A DNA stretch of 64,000 nt from the NCBI GenBank assembly GCA_021372785.1, contig JAJFTT010000036.1:94029-158028 (forward strand), read 5' to 3'. The position numbers and the translations under genes are program-made. Under the pieces are notes generated by a model, which did no database searches, had not been told where the DNA came from, and saw nothing but the letters and a program-made list of their open reading frames with translations. The first letter of the stretch is position 1; the number at the start of each line of letters is the position of its first letter. Shown in pieces: positions 27,958-38,736 of this stretch. The stretch is from Negativicutes bacterium. Lineage in GTDB: Bacteria > Bacillota > JAAYKD01.

Positions 27958-28428
27958 CTATTCCGCTTTCAAAACGCCGTCTTCCAGCAAGGCTTTGGCA
28001 ACCCATGCCGCCACAACACCGGTGATTTTGATACAGTGATTCTTTCTTTCCTCGGATTTAAATTGATCACCGGACCACTCCCGGGTCAGCACGCGGCAGC
28101 AAGTTGCCTGATATTCCTGAATAATAAAATCATGCAAGGCTTTGGCTTTTTCAAACATTTTCGGGTTCATCACCTCTCCATGCACGCGGCCATAAACAAG
28201 TCCAAGTGCCATTTCTCCGCCTGAGACTGCTCCGCACAAACACTGCGCTTTTCCTAAGCCGATGGGGAAGCCGGACGCCATTTTGACAATTGTATCGGGA
28301 CATGGCTTGCCAAGAGCATCATTAATTGTCTGCAGTACCGCTTCCGAGCAGAAAAATTCCCCCCGGCGGAAATAACCCTCCGCAGTCTCACGGATCTGAT
28401 CCAAATATTTTTGTTCTTTCTCTGTCAT
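27958..28428 (-). CDS. C_GCAxxG_C_C family protein (putative redox-active Cys protein)
   Basis: 156 aa with the CLCGAVSGG core and flanking conserved Cys residues. Confidence 0.75.
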   Translation of the reverse strand: MTEKEQKYLDQIRETAEGYFRRGEFFCSEAVLQTINDALGKPCPDTIVKMASGFPIGLGKAQCLCGAVSGGEMALGLVYGRVHGEVMNPKMFEKAKALHDFIIQEYQATCCRVLTREWSGDQFKSEERKNHCIKITGVVAAWVAKALLEDGVLKAE

Positions 28429-28854
28429 ATCAATTTCCTCTCTTTTTCATAAGCATCTCCGGTCGCAGCAAGCCAAAGACAGGAAAGCACAAATCGAACC
28501 AGGCCGCCTGTCTTACTCTGCCGCTGATTTTTTTGCTTTACCGATTCTAAACCAGAATTCGACTGCTGAGTCATCGAATATTCCTTTTTTGATCAAGCAA
28601 CCATATAGACCAGGTTTATATTCATTGAATTCCGTTTGTTTCGGAGAAAATCCACCGCAACCCTGCGTCATTGATAAGTAATTTTTCTCCATTCTCTCAA
28701 AAAAAAAACCTGAGATCCCTCCCCAACGAAGCCGCTGTGATCTTGGGCTGTCCAGCAAAAGGCAGCGGCAAGGAGATAACGGGCCCGCAAAAGTAAAACG
28801 ATCCTCCCTGCTTTTTTACAGGTTGGATCGCTTTCCGGATCAGTAAATTTTTTA

Positions 28855-29595
28855 TTACGATCTCAGGAGCGAAATCCGGCAAACTTCCAGCAAATTTTCC
28901 TTCACCATAAATTCGACATGCATCTGCGCAAATTCAAAAGCATAAATCCGTTGGGGATCCGATTGGTAAGAAGGGCGCGGATCAGCGGCTAAAATGGCAA
29001 TCAGCGCCTGCCGCTGTTGTTCGGGTACCAACTGCAGCAAAGCATCGGCAAATTTTACCGTCAGTTGATCTGCCTGAACCGGATCAGAAAATCCGCCGCG
29101 CGCTTCCGGATGACTGTCCGTATAGCTAAGATAGGGTTTGATGTCATAGATTGGCGTTTGATCAATCAAATCGGCTCCCAAAACATGCAGAATCGGGCCC
29201 AGCGTGCTATGCCATTCCACACAGTCCAACTTGACCGAGGAAAGGCCCAGCGCATTGGGGCGGAAAGGAGAACGGGTAGCAAAAACACCCATACGCCGGT
29301 TGCCGCCCAGACGAGGCGGCCGCACCGTAGCAGACCACTGTGTCCGCACGTTTTGCGAAAACTGCCAAATTAACCAGAGATGTGAGAAATCAGCCAAGCC
29401 GCGGCAGGTATCCGGGTTCCGGTACTTTGGTACAAAGATGATCTCGGATTGGAGGGTTTCCACCAGTCCGCTCTGCCGTGGCACGCCAAACTTACCGGAG
29501 AAATCAGACCGGATGTGAGCGATGATTTTTAAAGGCGTCTGCGCGGTTTCGTCTGCTGCCAGGCCCATCGTTTCTTCTTTCTTGTCTTTCTGCAT
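28855..29595 (-). CDS. trmO: tRNA (N6-threonylcarbamoyladenosine37-N6)-methyltransferase TrmO/TsaA (YaeB family)
   Basis: LKIIAHIRSDFSGKFGVPRQSGLV...FATRSPFRPNALGLSSVKL, YaeB-type beta-barrel; 246 aa with a C-terminal extension. Confidence 0.75.
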   Translation of the reverse strand: MQKDKKEETMGLAADETAQTPLKIIAHIRSDFSGKFGVPRQSGLVETLQSEIIFVPKYRNPDTCRGLADFSHLWLIWQFSQNVRTQWSATVRPPRLGGNRRMGVFATRSPFRPNALGLSSVKLDCVEWHSTLGPILHVLGADLIDQTPIYDIKPYLSYTDSHPEARGGFSDPVQADQLTVKFADALLQLVPEQQRQALIAILAADPRPSYQSDPQRIYAFEFAQMHVEFMVKENLLEVCRISLLRS

Positions 29596-29801
29596 TCTCT
29601 ACCCTCCCTGTCCGGATTTTCTCTGTTCTGGTGCTTCCCTTACTGTGAACGCCGGCTTTCTGAATGCTGCTTAATTTGACAAACAGGAAGCGATTCCCTG
29701 CCTGACTGAGGGGTAATGTCAAACACTTGTGACTGCCTCGACCAAAAAAAGGAGAGCCAGCCGCAGATGGCTCCCCTCCCTGTGTCTCGTCTGATTGCTG
29801 T

Positions 29802-32800
29802 CTATTTGTACAAATCAACCAATTTCAATAAATGTGCATAACGATCGGCAGCTGCTTTTTCGGATTTGGCAAACAGGTCGTCTGCGCGTTCCGGGAAAGC
29901 AAGTTTCAGGCTGCTGTAACGGGTTTCGTTATTCAGGAAATTTTGATAAGATCCATCACCCGGCTTGGAAGTCAAGGTAAACGGGTTCTTACCTTCCGCT
30001 TTCAGGGCCGGATTGAAGGAGAATAAATTCCAATAACCCGCCTTGACAGCCGCCTTCATTTCATCCTGACAGTGGTTCATGCCGCCCTTGACACCATGCA
30101 GCTCGCAGGGCGCATACGCGATGATCAGCGAAGGTCCGTTATAAGCCTCCGCCTCGGCAATCACTTTTACCGCCTGCGCCGGATTGGCGCCGATGGCAAT
30201 TTGTGCCACATAAACATATCCATAGGTCATGGCAATTTCCGAAAGACTCTTTTTGTTGATTTCTTTGCCGGCTGCGGCAAACTGACATACTTCACCGATA
30301 TTGGAGGCTTTAGAGGCTTGACCGCCGGTATTGGAATACATTTCGGTATCGAAAACCATTACATTGACATTCTCTCCGGAAGCCAAAACGTGGTCCAAGC
30401 CACCGTATCCGATATCATACGCCCAGCCGTCGCCGCCCAGAATCCAGACGGATTTCTTGGCAAGATATTGCTTTTTCTCCAGAATGGCTTTGGTGAAGGG
30501 ACAGCCGTTGGCGTCCGCTTTTTCCACTTCGGCCAGCAGCGCATCGGCTGCCGCTTTGTTGTCCCTGGTGCTGTCCCTGGTCTCGATAAATTTCGCGTAA
30601 GCCGCCTGGAATTCAGCGCTGGATTTTGGCGAAGCCGCCATTTTTTCCAATTGCGCCATCGCTTGATTACGCAAAGTTTTTTGGGCGAGATAAATGCCAA
30701 AACCGTGTTCGGCATTGTCTTCAAACAAGGAATTTGCCCAGGCCGGGCCCATTTTCGAATCCTTATTGACGGTATACGGGCTGGTGGCAGCCGGGCCGCC
30801 CCAGATGGAAGAACAACCGGTTGCATTGGAAATATACATATGCTCTCCGAAAAGTTGGGTCAAAATACGGGCATAGGAAGTTTCCGCACAACCGGCGCAG
30901 CTGCCGGAGAATTCCAGCAGAGGCTGATTGAACTGAGAACCTTTGACCGTGGTATCGGCCGGCATACCGGGTTTCTTGCTGACATTGGCTACCAGATAAT
31001 CAAAAACCGGCTGCATTTCCGTTTGGCTTTCCTGCGGCACCATTTTAATTGCCTTGGACGGGCAAACGGTAATGCACTCGCCGCAACCCATGCAATCAAG
31101 CGGTGAAATACTCATCGTAAACTGATAGTCGCCGGCTTTCGGTTTGGTATTCGCCAATTTGATCTGAGCAGGTGCCGCTTTCACTTCCTCTGCATTGAGC
31201 ATAAACGGACGAATGGTGGCATGGGAACAGACAAAAGCACAGTTATTGCATTGGATGCAAACCTGCGGATCCCACTCCGGAATCGTCACGGCGATGCCGC
31301 GCTTTTCGTAAGCAGAAGCACCCAGTTCAAATTGTCCGGTCTGATAATCCATGAATGCAGAAACAGGCAGACTGTCGCCGTCCATAAGCCCGATGGGTTC
31401 TAAAAGATTCTTAACCATCCTGACCGTCTCCGGACGTCCGGTCAGTTCCGCCCTGACAGCATCCGCTTCCGGATTGGCCCAGGCAGCCGGTACTTCCACT
31501 TTATGCAGAGCATCGAGTCCGGCGTCAATCGCTTTGTAGTTCATCTCAACAATTGCATCGCCTTTGCTGCCATACGATTTCTTGGCGGCCGCTTTCATAT
31601 ATTCGATGGCCTTTTCAATCGGCATGACATTGGCTAATTTGAAGAAGGCAGATTGCAAAATGGTATTGGTGCGTTTGCCCATGCCGATTTCAATCGCTTT
31701 ATCAATGGCATTGATCGTATAGACCTGAATCTTGTTGTTCGCAATATATTTCTTGGCTTCGGCATTCAATTTAGCAGCCAGTTCCTCATCAGACCATTGG
31801 CAGTTGATCATAAAGATACCGCCGGGTTTGACATCCTGAACCAGCTTATATCCCTGCACAACGTAAGACGGATTATGGCAGGCTACGAAATCAGCCTGAC
31901 TGATGTAATAGGGACTCTTGATCGGTTGATCGCCAAAACGCAGATGGGAAATGGTGATGCCGCCGGTCTTCTTGGAATCGTATTGGAAGTAAGCTTGAAT
32001 GAACTTATCGGTATGATCGCCGATGATCTTGATGGAATTTTTATTGGCGCCAACGGTTCCATCCCCGCCCAAACCCCAGAATTTACACTCCACCGTGCCC
32101 GGTGCGGAGGTGATCGGTGCCGGTTTGATTTCCGGTAAGCTTAAATTGGTCACATCATCCACAATACCAATTGTAAACCGAGATTTGGGAGCCGTTTTTT
32201 CCAGTTCTTTATAGACAGCGAAGACGGAAGACGGCGGTGTATCTTTGGAACCGAGGCCATACCGTCCGCCGGTGATGACAATATCATTTAAGGCAGCTTC
32301 GCGCAGGGTGACGGCAACGTCAAGATAGAGCGGATCGCCTAACGAGCCAGGTTCTTTCGTACGATCCAGGATCGCAATCTTTTTCACTGTTTTGGGTAAA
32401 ACCTTCAGCAGACTGCCGGACACCCAGGGACGATATAAGCGGACTTTGATCAAGCCGACTTTTTCTCCTTTGGCTGTCAGATAATCGATCACTTCTTCAG
32501 CCACGTCGCAAATCGAGCCCATGGCAATAATGATGCGGTCTGCCTCGGGAGAACCGTAATAGTTGAATAAATCATAATTCGTACCGAGCTTGGCGTTGAC
32601 TTTGGCCATATATTTCTCAACGACCGCCGGCAGGTCGTTATAAACTGTATTGCAGGCTTCACGATGCTGGAAGAAAACGTCGCCGTTTTCATGGGAACCG
32701 CGCATGGCCGGATGTTCCGGATTCAAAGCGCTGGTTCGGAATGCCTTGACCGCATCCATGTTGCACATATCTTTCAGATCAGCGTAATCCCAGCTTTCGA

Positions 32801-33347
32801 TTTTTTGGATTTCATGCGAAGTCCGAAAACCGTCGAAGAAATTAATGAAGGGAACTTTGCCTTCGATTGCCGACAGATGCGCAACCGGGCTTAAGTCCAT
32901 GATTTCCTGCGGATTGGTTTCTGCCAGCATGGCAAAACCGGTTTGCCGGCAGGCATATACATCACTGTGATCGCCGAAGATACTCAATGAATGCGTGGCT
33001 ACCGTACGCGCCGAGACATCAAAAACGCAAGGAAGCTGTTCCGCTGCGATCTTATACATATTGGGAATCATCAGGAGCAAACCTTGCGAAGCGGTAAAGG
33101 TTGTGGTAATCGCACCCGCTGCCAAAGAACCGTGCACCGCACCGGCGGCGCCTGCTTCCGACTGCAGCTCAACAACTTTAACCTGATTGCCGAAAATGTT
33201 CTCCTGTCCCGCGGCCGACCATTGATCAACAACATCAGCCATCGGACTCGATGGGGTAATCGGATAGATCGCAGCCACATCCGTATACGCATAAGCTACA
33301 TGCGCAGCGGCGGTGTTGCCATCCATTGATTGTTTGGATCTTGCCAT
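29802..33347 (-). CDS. nifJ: Pyruvate:ferredoxin (flavodoxin) oxidoreductase (PFOR)
   Basis: 1181 aa single-chain PFOR with two 4Fe-4S ferredoxin motifs (CIQCNNCAFVC, CMGCGECITVCP) and TPP-binding domains. Confidence 0.95.
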   Translation of the reverse strand: MARSKQSMDGNTAAAHVAYAYTDVAAIYPITPSSPMADVVDQWSAAGQENIFGNQVKVVELQSEAGAAGAVHGSLAAGAITTTFTASQGLLLMIPNMYKIAAEQLPCVFDVSARTVATHSLSIFGDHSDVYACRQTGFAMLAETNPQEIMDLSPVAHLSAIEGKVPFINFFDGFRTSHEIQKIESWDYADLKDMCNMDAVKAFRTSALNPEHPAMRGSHENGDVFFQHREACNTVYNDLPAVVEKYMAKVNAKLGTNYDLFNYYGSPEADRIIIAMGSICDVAEEVIDYLTAKGEKVGLIKVRLYRPWVSGSLLKVLPKTVKKIAILDRTKEPGSLGDPLYLDVAVTLREAALNDIVITGGRYGLGSKDTPPSSVFAVYKELEKTAPKSRFTIGIVDDVTNLSLPEIKPAPITSAPGTVECKFWGLGGDGTVGANKNSIKIIGDHTDKFIQAYFQYDSKKTGGITISHLRFGDQPIKSPYYISQADFVACHNPSYVVQGYKLVQDVKPGGIFMINCQWSDEELAAKLNAEAKKYIANNKIQVYTINAIDKAIEIGMGKRTNTILQSAFFKLANVMPIEKAIEYMKAAAKKSYGSKGDAIVEMNYKAIDAGLDALHKVEVPAAWANPEADAVRAELTGRPETVRMVKNLLEPIGLMDGDSLPVSAFMDYQTGQFELGASAYEKRGIAVTIPEWDPQVCIQCNNCAFVCSHATIRPFMLNAEEVKAAPAQIKLANTKPKAGDYQFTMSISPLDCMGCGECITVCPSKAIKMVPQESQTEMQPVFDYLVANVSKKPGMPADTTVKGSQFNQPLLEFSGSCAGCAETSYARILTQLFGEHMYISNATGCSSIWGGPAATSPYTVNKDSKMGPAWANSLFEDNAEHGFGIYLAQKTLRNQAMAQLEKMAASPKSSAEFQAAYAKFIETRDSTRDNKAAADALLAEVEKADANGCPFTKAILEKKQYLAKKSVWILGGDGWAYDIGYGGLDHVLASGENVNVMVFDTEMYSNTGGQASKASNIGEVCQFAAAGKEINKKSLSEIAMTYGYVYVAQIAIGANPAQAVKVIAEAEAYNGPSLIIAYAPCELHGVKGGMNHCQDEMKAAVKAGYWNLFSFNPALKAEGKNPFTLTSKPGDGSYQNFLNNETRYSSLKLAFPERADDLFAKSEKAAADRYAHLLKLVDLYK

Positions 33348-33549
33348 TTTATTTTATTGTCCTCCTCTGTAATGAAAGATTCGTTTCACCTTATTGGCTA
33401 TGGCGAATTGTATCATTATTTTTAAACTTTGTAAAGGCGCCGCAACGTTTTTGCGCCAAATAAATGCCATTGCTCTCTTTTGTGCCGAATCCTGCCATAT
33501 TCTTAATTTTTACCTGAAAATCCGAAGCAATACTGGAACATTTTTGACG

Positions 33550-33584
33550 AAATACAACAGAAAACGCCGGCTTTGCTGCCGGCG
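33550..33584 (-). terminator. Intrinsic terminator after speE
   Basis: Minus strand cgccggc-agcaaa-gccggcg hairpin followed by uuuucuguuguauuuc, 40 nt after the speE stop. Confidence 0.6.
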
Positions 33585-33626
33585 ACCGTCATTCGCTGCT
33601 CTGCATGCCGCAGCGGCCGGCCGCCG

Positions 33627-34490
33627 TTATTTCGGCAAGGAAATTGCCTCCGCTAACAATTGTCTGACATAGTTTGGGAGGGCAAAAGCGCCTTTGTGGA
33701 TTTCGGTATTGTAATATCCGGTAGTCAGACCCAGGGCATTCCAGGCGTCTGCGTCCAAATCCGCTACGGGATCCAGTGCCTTGGCCGCAAAGCCAAACAG
33801 CCAATGCCCGGAGGCATAGGTTGGAATATGAACCTGGTAGACTTTGGCGACCGCAAAAAATTCGTGGATTCTCTGATGCGCTCTTTGCATCTGTAAGGCA
33901 TATTGCGGATAAAACGGGCTCTCATGCTGATTGACCAAAATCCCGTTTGGTTTGAGCGCCCGATAACAATTCCGGTAAAAATCCCTGGTGAATAAGCCTT
34001 CTCCCGGTCCGATCGGATCGGTACTATCCACGATGATCAAATCGTAACAATCCGTTTTTCCTGCGATGAATTTCAAACCATCCTCAAAATATAACGTGAC
34101 CCGCCTGTCCTGCAAACCGCCGGTTGAGTTGGGGAAGTATTCCCGGCACACCTCAACCACCAGCGGATCGATTTCTACCATATCGATTTTTTTGATGGAA
34201 GCATAGCGCACCAGTTCTCTGACACTACCGCCATCGCCGCCGCCGATCACGAGTACATTTTCAATTTTCGGATTGGTAGCCATCGGAACATGCACAATCA
34301 TGTCGTGATAGATAAACTCATCTTTTTCCGTAATCATGATCAAGCCATCCAGGGTGAAAAATCTCCCCAGCTGTTTTGATTCGAAAACATCGATTCTCTG
34401 AAATTTACTTTGCCCTGCATACAACTGCTTTTCAATCTGGATCGAGAGTTTTACTCCCTCAGCGTGCGTTTCCGAAAACCATAAATCCAT
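33627..34490 (-). CDS. speE: Spermidine synthase (polyamine aminopropyltransferase)
   Basis: 287 aa with VLVIGGGDGGSVRE and the DSTDPIGP motif. Confidence 0.9.
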   Translation of the reverse strand: MDLWFSETHAEGVKLSIQIEKQLYAGQSKFQRIDVFESKQLGRFFTLDGLIMITEKDEFIYHDMIVHVPMATNPKIENVLVIGGGDGGSVRELVRYASIKKIDMVEIDPLVVEVCREYFPNSTGGLQDRRVTLYFEDGLKFIAGKTDCYDLIIVDSTDPIGPGEGLFTRDFYRNCYRALKPNGILVNQHESPFYPQYALQMQRAHQRIHEFFAVAKVYQVHIPTYASGHWLFGFAAKALDPVADLDADAWNALGLTTGYYNTEIHKGAFALPNYVRQLLAEAISLPK

Positions 34491-34511
34491 TTTTCTCCCC
34501 TCCTTACATTG

Positions 34512-35327
34512 TCAGCTTTTCTTGCTGTAGACATTGCTGCCGCTGAAAATTTCAATCATCTCGCGGCGAAGACTGTTTGCAATGGCCAGGCGTTCCTTGG
34601 GAGTATACTCCCGCACATCTTTTTCAAAAAAATAATCCTGCAAGTTCAGTTCCTTGATCATCATTTTGGTGTGAAAAATATTCGCCTGATAAATATTGAT
34701 ATCATAAACATCATATTGCTCCAGAGTTTTTGGATCGATAAAGTCCTGAATGGATGTGATGTCATGATCGATGAAAATTTTACTGCCGTCTTCCTCTCTG
34801 GTAAACCCGCGCACACGGTAATCGATGGAAATGATATCCGAATCAAAGCTGCCGATCAGATAATCCAAAGCATTGAGCGGAGAAACCTTACCGCAGGTAG
34901 AAACATCAATATCCACCCGAAAGCTGGAAATAGATTGATCGGGATGATATTCCGGATAGGTATGTACGGTAACATGACTCTTGTCCAGATGTCCCAGGAC
35001 GGTTTTTCCCGTATAAATTAAACCCTGCCCCGCATTGCAGGAAGGATCGATCCGCTCTTTGTCTACCGGTGTTTCTGAAATCAAAACGACGACGCTGGCG
35101 CCCTGCGGATCATAATCCTGTTTGGAAATATTCAAAACATTGGCGCCGATGATGCGGGTTACTTCGGTCAGGATCTTGGTCAGCCGTTCCGAATTGAACC
35201 ATTCGTCCACATAAGCCAGGTAATCGTTCTTATCTTTGGCTCCCTTCGCATAGCAGATATCGTAGATATTAAAGCTTAGAGTTTTGGTAAGATTGTTAAA
35301 TCCATACAATTTCAGTTTGTTTGACAT
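34512..35327 (-). CDS. speD: S-adenosylmethionine decarboxylase proenzyme (E. coli type)
   Basis: MSNKLKLYGFNNLTKTLSFNIYDICYAK closely matches the E. coli SpeD N-terminus. Confidence 0.9.
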   Translation of the reverse strand: MSNKLKLYGFNNLTKTLSFNIYDICYAKGAKDKNDYLAYVDEWFNSERLTKILTEVTRIIGANVLNISKQDYDPQGASVVVLISETPVDKERIDPSCNAGQGLIYTGKTVLGHLDKSHVTVHTYPEYHPDQSISSFRVDIDVSTCGKVSPLNALDYLIGSFDSDIISIDYRVRGFTREEDGSKIFIDHDITSIQDFIDPKTLEQYDVYDINIYQANIFHTKMMIKELNLQDYFFEKDVREYTPKERLAIANSLRREMIEIFSGSNVYSKKS

Positions 35328-35540
35328 CGTATACTCCTTTCTGCCACCGCAACCTTGCTACAATCCCGAGCCCGGCGCTTGCTGTTACCGAAGAAATTCT
35401 CCATGCCGTTCTCTGTCTTTTTGATGAGCCTGTATGCAGTATATCTTACCATACTATGCAAATATGAACAAGTCTTCTTTCTCCATTCGTTTGATTTTCT
35501 GGGAAATCCCCCGCCGCTTGAAAAAGTGCGTCTCTATAAT

Positions 35541-35580
35541 AAAAAAAACCCGCGCTGCAAATGCAGTGAGATTTTTGAAA
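35541..35580 (-). terminator. Probable intrinsic terminator downstream of the NT5C-like gene
   Basis: Minus strand imperfect hairpin (cacugca uuu gcagcg) followed by U8. Confidence 0.4.
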
Positions 35581-35634
35581 TTTCGCCTTTATTCTTTTCC
35601 GATCCTGTTTTTGCCTGCCGCCTCAGCTCTTCGG

Positions 35635-36237
35635 TTAGTCAGCGCTCCGCAGTTCCTCCGGACGATTTGCTTTCCGGCCGATTATTTTGTAAATCTGCTG
35701 CCAATTCTTGACGCGCGTGACATTTACCGGTAAGCTGCCTTGATTGTAATTACAATCAATCAGCAGAACTTCAAAGCCCGAGGATGCCAACTGTATGACA
35801 TTCTCATAACTGTCTTCAATGAATACATCCGAATGTAACTCGGCCGCTTTGCCCACTTTGTTGGCATGTCCCAATAAAGTAAGGGAATCCAGCGGAATGT
35901 TGTTTTTGGCTAACCACTCTGCACTGACTTTGTCCATTTTTGCTTCACGGGCAGTGACAAAATGGATCTTCTGACCCGCATCGTATAACTTATGCACGAT
36001 CTCCGAGGCTCCCGGCCGCATTTTTGATTCCTGGTGCAGTATTTCGCCATAACGTTGATAAAACTGCTGATAATCCGCTGGCTGCACACCCAAAACCTGA
36101 GGAATATCATAAATTGTAATATCGCTCGCTTTCAGATTGGTTTGAAAATAAGCATTGGCTCTTTTCAGCCAGTAATAGGGCTCTGTAACGGTTCCGTCAA
36201 TGTCAATACATATATTTAATTGTTTGATTCTGTTCAC
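35635..36237 (-). CDS. HAD-like 5'(3')-deoxyribonucleotidase-type (NT5C/YqfW-like) hydrolase
   Basis: 200 aa; ICIDIDGTVT motif I at the N-terminus, Asp-rich motif IV (FIEDSYEN). Confidence 0.55.
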   Translation of the reverse strand: MNRIKQLNICIDIDGTVTEPYYWLKRANAYFQTNLKASDITIYDIPQVLGVQPADYQQFYQRYGEILHQESKMRPGASEIVHKLYDAGQKIHFVTAREAKMDKVSAEWLAKNNIPLDSLTLLGHANKVGKAAELHSDVFIEDSYENVIQLASSGFEVLLIDCNYNQGSLPVNVTRVKNWQQIYKIIGRKANRPEELRSAD

Positions 36238-36317
36238 CTCCTTTTCTATGGTTACTATAACACATCATTGTTAAACCCTCAGCACAGAATTGTATTATTT
36301 ATGTAAAATATTTCGGC

Positions 36318-36704
36318 TTATTTCTCCCGAAGATATGCCCTCAGCGTCTCGATATCCCGCAAGACCTGCTGCCGCGTCTCCTGCAGGGAAGGAAACTTTT
36401 TCGTTTCTCTGAGGTAGCAAAGCAGATATAAGTCTGCCTGTTTCCCCAGTATCTCCTGATCGAAATCAAGAATATAGGTTTCCAGGCTGATTCTCTCCTC
36501 GTCATCAACAGAAGGTCGTCTGCCGAAATTGGTCAGGCCCCAATAACAGACCGAATCGATCACAATTTTACTGATATAAACACCCAGTTTCGGCAAATCG
36601 GTCTCTGTCTCTCGCCAGGCCAGATTGGCAGTTGGCATTCCTACTTTTCTGCCATTGCCTTTTCCCCTGACAATTTGTCCGGAAAAATGAAAGATCGCTT
36701 CCAT
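36318..36704 (-). CDS. Riboflavin kinase (monofunctional)
   Basis: GKGNGRKVGMPTANL and the flanking fold match the RibF C-terminal kinase domain. The start is moved to the internal MEAIFHF to avoid overlap with the upstream gene. Confidence 0.65.
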   Translation of the reverse strand: MEAIFHFSGQIVRGKGNGRKVGMPTANLAWRETETDLPKLGVYISKIVIDSVCYWGLTNFGRRPSVDDEERISLETYILDFDQEILGKQADLYLLCYLRETKKFPSLQETRQQVLRDIETLRAYLREK

Positions 36705-36744
36705 TCCGTTCCACTCCCTCTTCGATCCGGGTGATTCGCTGCTT

Positions 36745-37017
36745 TTAGGCCAGCACATCGTGAAATTCCGCATGCTCCGTCAGCATTTTTTGAGCGTATG
36801 GACAAAGCGGTATGATTTTCTTGTGCTCTTTCCGGGCAAATTCCACCACTTTTGTCAGCAATTGCAGAGCGATCCCCTGCCCTCGCAGTGACTCGGTTAC
36901 GAACGTGCGCTCGATGGTGATGAACCCCGGCGCTGTTGTCGGAAAGATAATTTCCGCCAATGTGCTGTTGTTTTCGTCTGTGATGTAGAATCTTGCATCC
37001 GCTGCTTGAATCATCAT
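36745..37017 (-). CDS. Small GNAT-family N-acetyltransferase (YjdJ-like)
   Basis: About 90 aa with GQGIALQLL...IPLCPYA, GNAT acetyl-CoA-binding motif A; start uncertain (internal MM chosen). Confidence 0.55.
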   Translation of the reverse strand: MMIQAADARFYITDENNSTLAEIIFPTTAPGFITIERTFVTESLRGQGIALQLLTKVVEFARKEHKKIIPLCPYAQKMLTEHAEFHDVLA

Positions 37018-37165
37018 TGTTGATCCTCCCCTTGCCGGCATTTCAACCGGGGAAACAGGCTGAAACGCTAAAGATCTGATCCCCAAAATTCATTTTCCCG
37101 CGCTGCGCTCATAATAAAGCCAAAAAGGGAAAAAGGCTGCCGCGAATGCGGTTGCAGTCTTTCCC

Positions 37166-37909
37166 TCAGCGCTGCATAAAACGGGCTAAAAAATCCTTGG
37201 TTTCCTGTTTTTCCGGATGCACAAAAATCTGCTCCGGACTGCCTTCCTCACAAATGATACCTTCGTTCATATAGACGACATGGCTGGCGACATCTTTGGC
37301 AAAAGCCATCTCATGGGTGACAATCAGCATGGTCAAACCTTCCTCCGCCAGCGTCCGCATCACGCTGAGCACTTCTCCGACCATCTGCGGATCCAGGGCG
37401 GAGGTAGGTTCGTCAAACAGCAAAATTTCAGGCTGCATGGCCAAAGCCCGCGCGATCGCCACCCGCTGTTTCTGGCCGCCGGACAATTGCTTGGGTTTTG
37501 CATTGATATAAGGAGACATGCCGACTTTATCAAGATAAACCCGCGCACGCTGATCGGCAGCCTTCTCATCCAGTTTCAGCACCTGCCGCAGACCAACGGT
37601 ACAGTTTTTTAAAGCCGTCAGATTATTGAATAAGTTAAAACTTTGGAACACCATGCCGACTTTCGCCCGATAGGCCGAAATACCGGTTTGCTGAGTCAGT
37701 ATATCCTGATCATGAAATAAAATCTGCCCGCCGGTGGGAACCTCCAGCAAATTGATACAGCGCAGCAAGGTGGACTTACCGGAACCGGAGGAGCCGATAA
37801 TACAAATGACATCACCCATTGCCACAGAAAAATCGATATCGCGCAGTACGATATTGTCTCCGAATTTCTTGGTCAGATGCCGTACTTCCAGAATTTTCTG
37901 CCGGCTCAA
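37166..37909 (-). CDS. Amino-acid ABC transporter ATP-binding protein
   Basis: Walker [10 protein letters not shown], signature LSGGQKQR, Walker [12 protein letters not shown]; polar-amino-acid (GlnQ-like) subfamily. Confidence 0.9.
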   Translation of the reverse strand: MSRQKILEVRHLTKKFGDNIVLRDIDFSVAMGDVICIIGSSGSGKSTLLRCINLLEVPTGGQILFHDQDILTQQTGISAYRAKVGMVFQSFNLFNNLTALKNCTVGLRQVLKLDEKAADQRARVYLDKVGMSPYINAKPKQLSGGQKQRVAIARALAMQPEILLFDEPTSALDPQMVGEVLSVMRTLAEEGLTMLIVTHEMAFAKDVASHVVYMNEGIICEEGSPEQIFVHPEKQETKDFLARFMQR

Positions 37910-38700
37910 TTGTAATTCGCCTCCTTTTTCCTGGCTTGGAAGCTGTAAAGCCCGCTGGTATGCGCCAAGGTATCCGTAGTGGCTAAATCGTAACTGTCGT
38001 CACCGTCCAGGCGGCTTTCCAGGAGTCTGAGCAGCCGTGAGGCTGCCAGCGTCATCACTAAGTAAATGGCCATAATGATAGTTGCGGACTCAAAATACAA
38101 ATACAAGGCGCCGACCACACTCTTATGCACAAAGAAAAGATCGGTGATACTGATCACGGAAAGCACGGAAGTATCCTTGATATTAATAATAAAGTTATTG
38201 CCGATCTGGGGTACGATATTGCGAAAGGCTTGCGGCAATATCACCTGCAGCATCGTCTGAAAGTGGGTCATACCAATTGCCTTGGCGCCTTCCGTTTGAC
38301 CGGAATCCACCGACAGAATACCGCCGCGTACCGTTTCGGCCATGTAAGCACCGGTATTGATGGATACAATGAAAAATGCCGCGGTCCACATATCCATCGC
38401 AATCGAAAATACGATGCGGGCGCCGTAGTAAATGAAGACCGCTTGCACAATCATAGGCGTACCCCGAAACAGCTCGACATAAGCATGCAGGATGAGATTG
38501 ACAATTTTCAGCAAAATGCGTTTGGGCAAGCGGTCATTCCGGTTGACAGGGATCGTTTGTAGAATTCCCACCGCAAAACCGATCATACAGCCGATCAGTG
38601 TGCCGACCAGGGAGATAATCAGCGTGTTACGGGCCCCGATCAGATAGGAGGTATGATACTTGCTCCAGCATTTCACAATGCCAAGCCAAAATTCGGACAT
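37906..38700 (-). CDS. Amino-acid ABC transporter permease
   Basis: 264 aa with 5-6 TM and an EAA-like loop; 4-bp overlap with the ATPase gene. Confidence 0.9.
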   Translation of the reverse strand: MSEFWLGIVKCWSKYHTSYLIGARNTLIISLVGTLIGCMIGFAVGILQTIPVNRNDRLPKRILLKIVNLILHAYVELFRGTPMIVQAVFIYYGARIVFSIAMDMWTAAFFIVSINTGAYMAETVRGGILSVDSGQTEGAKAIGMTHFQTMLQVILPQAFRNIVPQIGNNFIINIKDTSVLSVISITDLFFVHKSVVGALYLYFESATIIMAIYLVMTLAASRLLRLLESRLDGDDSYDLATTDTLAHTSGLYSFQARKKEANYN

Positions 38701-38736
38701 AAGAAAGACTCCTTATCAGCTTCTAATCCTGATCAG

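Noticed and set aside
29802-33347. Many plus-strand ORFs (up to 344 aa) inside the PFOR gene and similar antisense ORFs inside adenine deaminase, the BNR-NUDIX gene, the sensor gene, etc.
   Set aside because: They are antisense shadow ORFs within well-supported long coding regions, with no independent homology signals.
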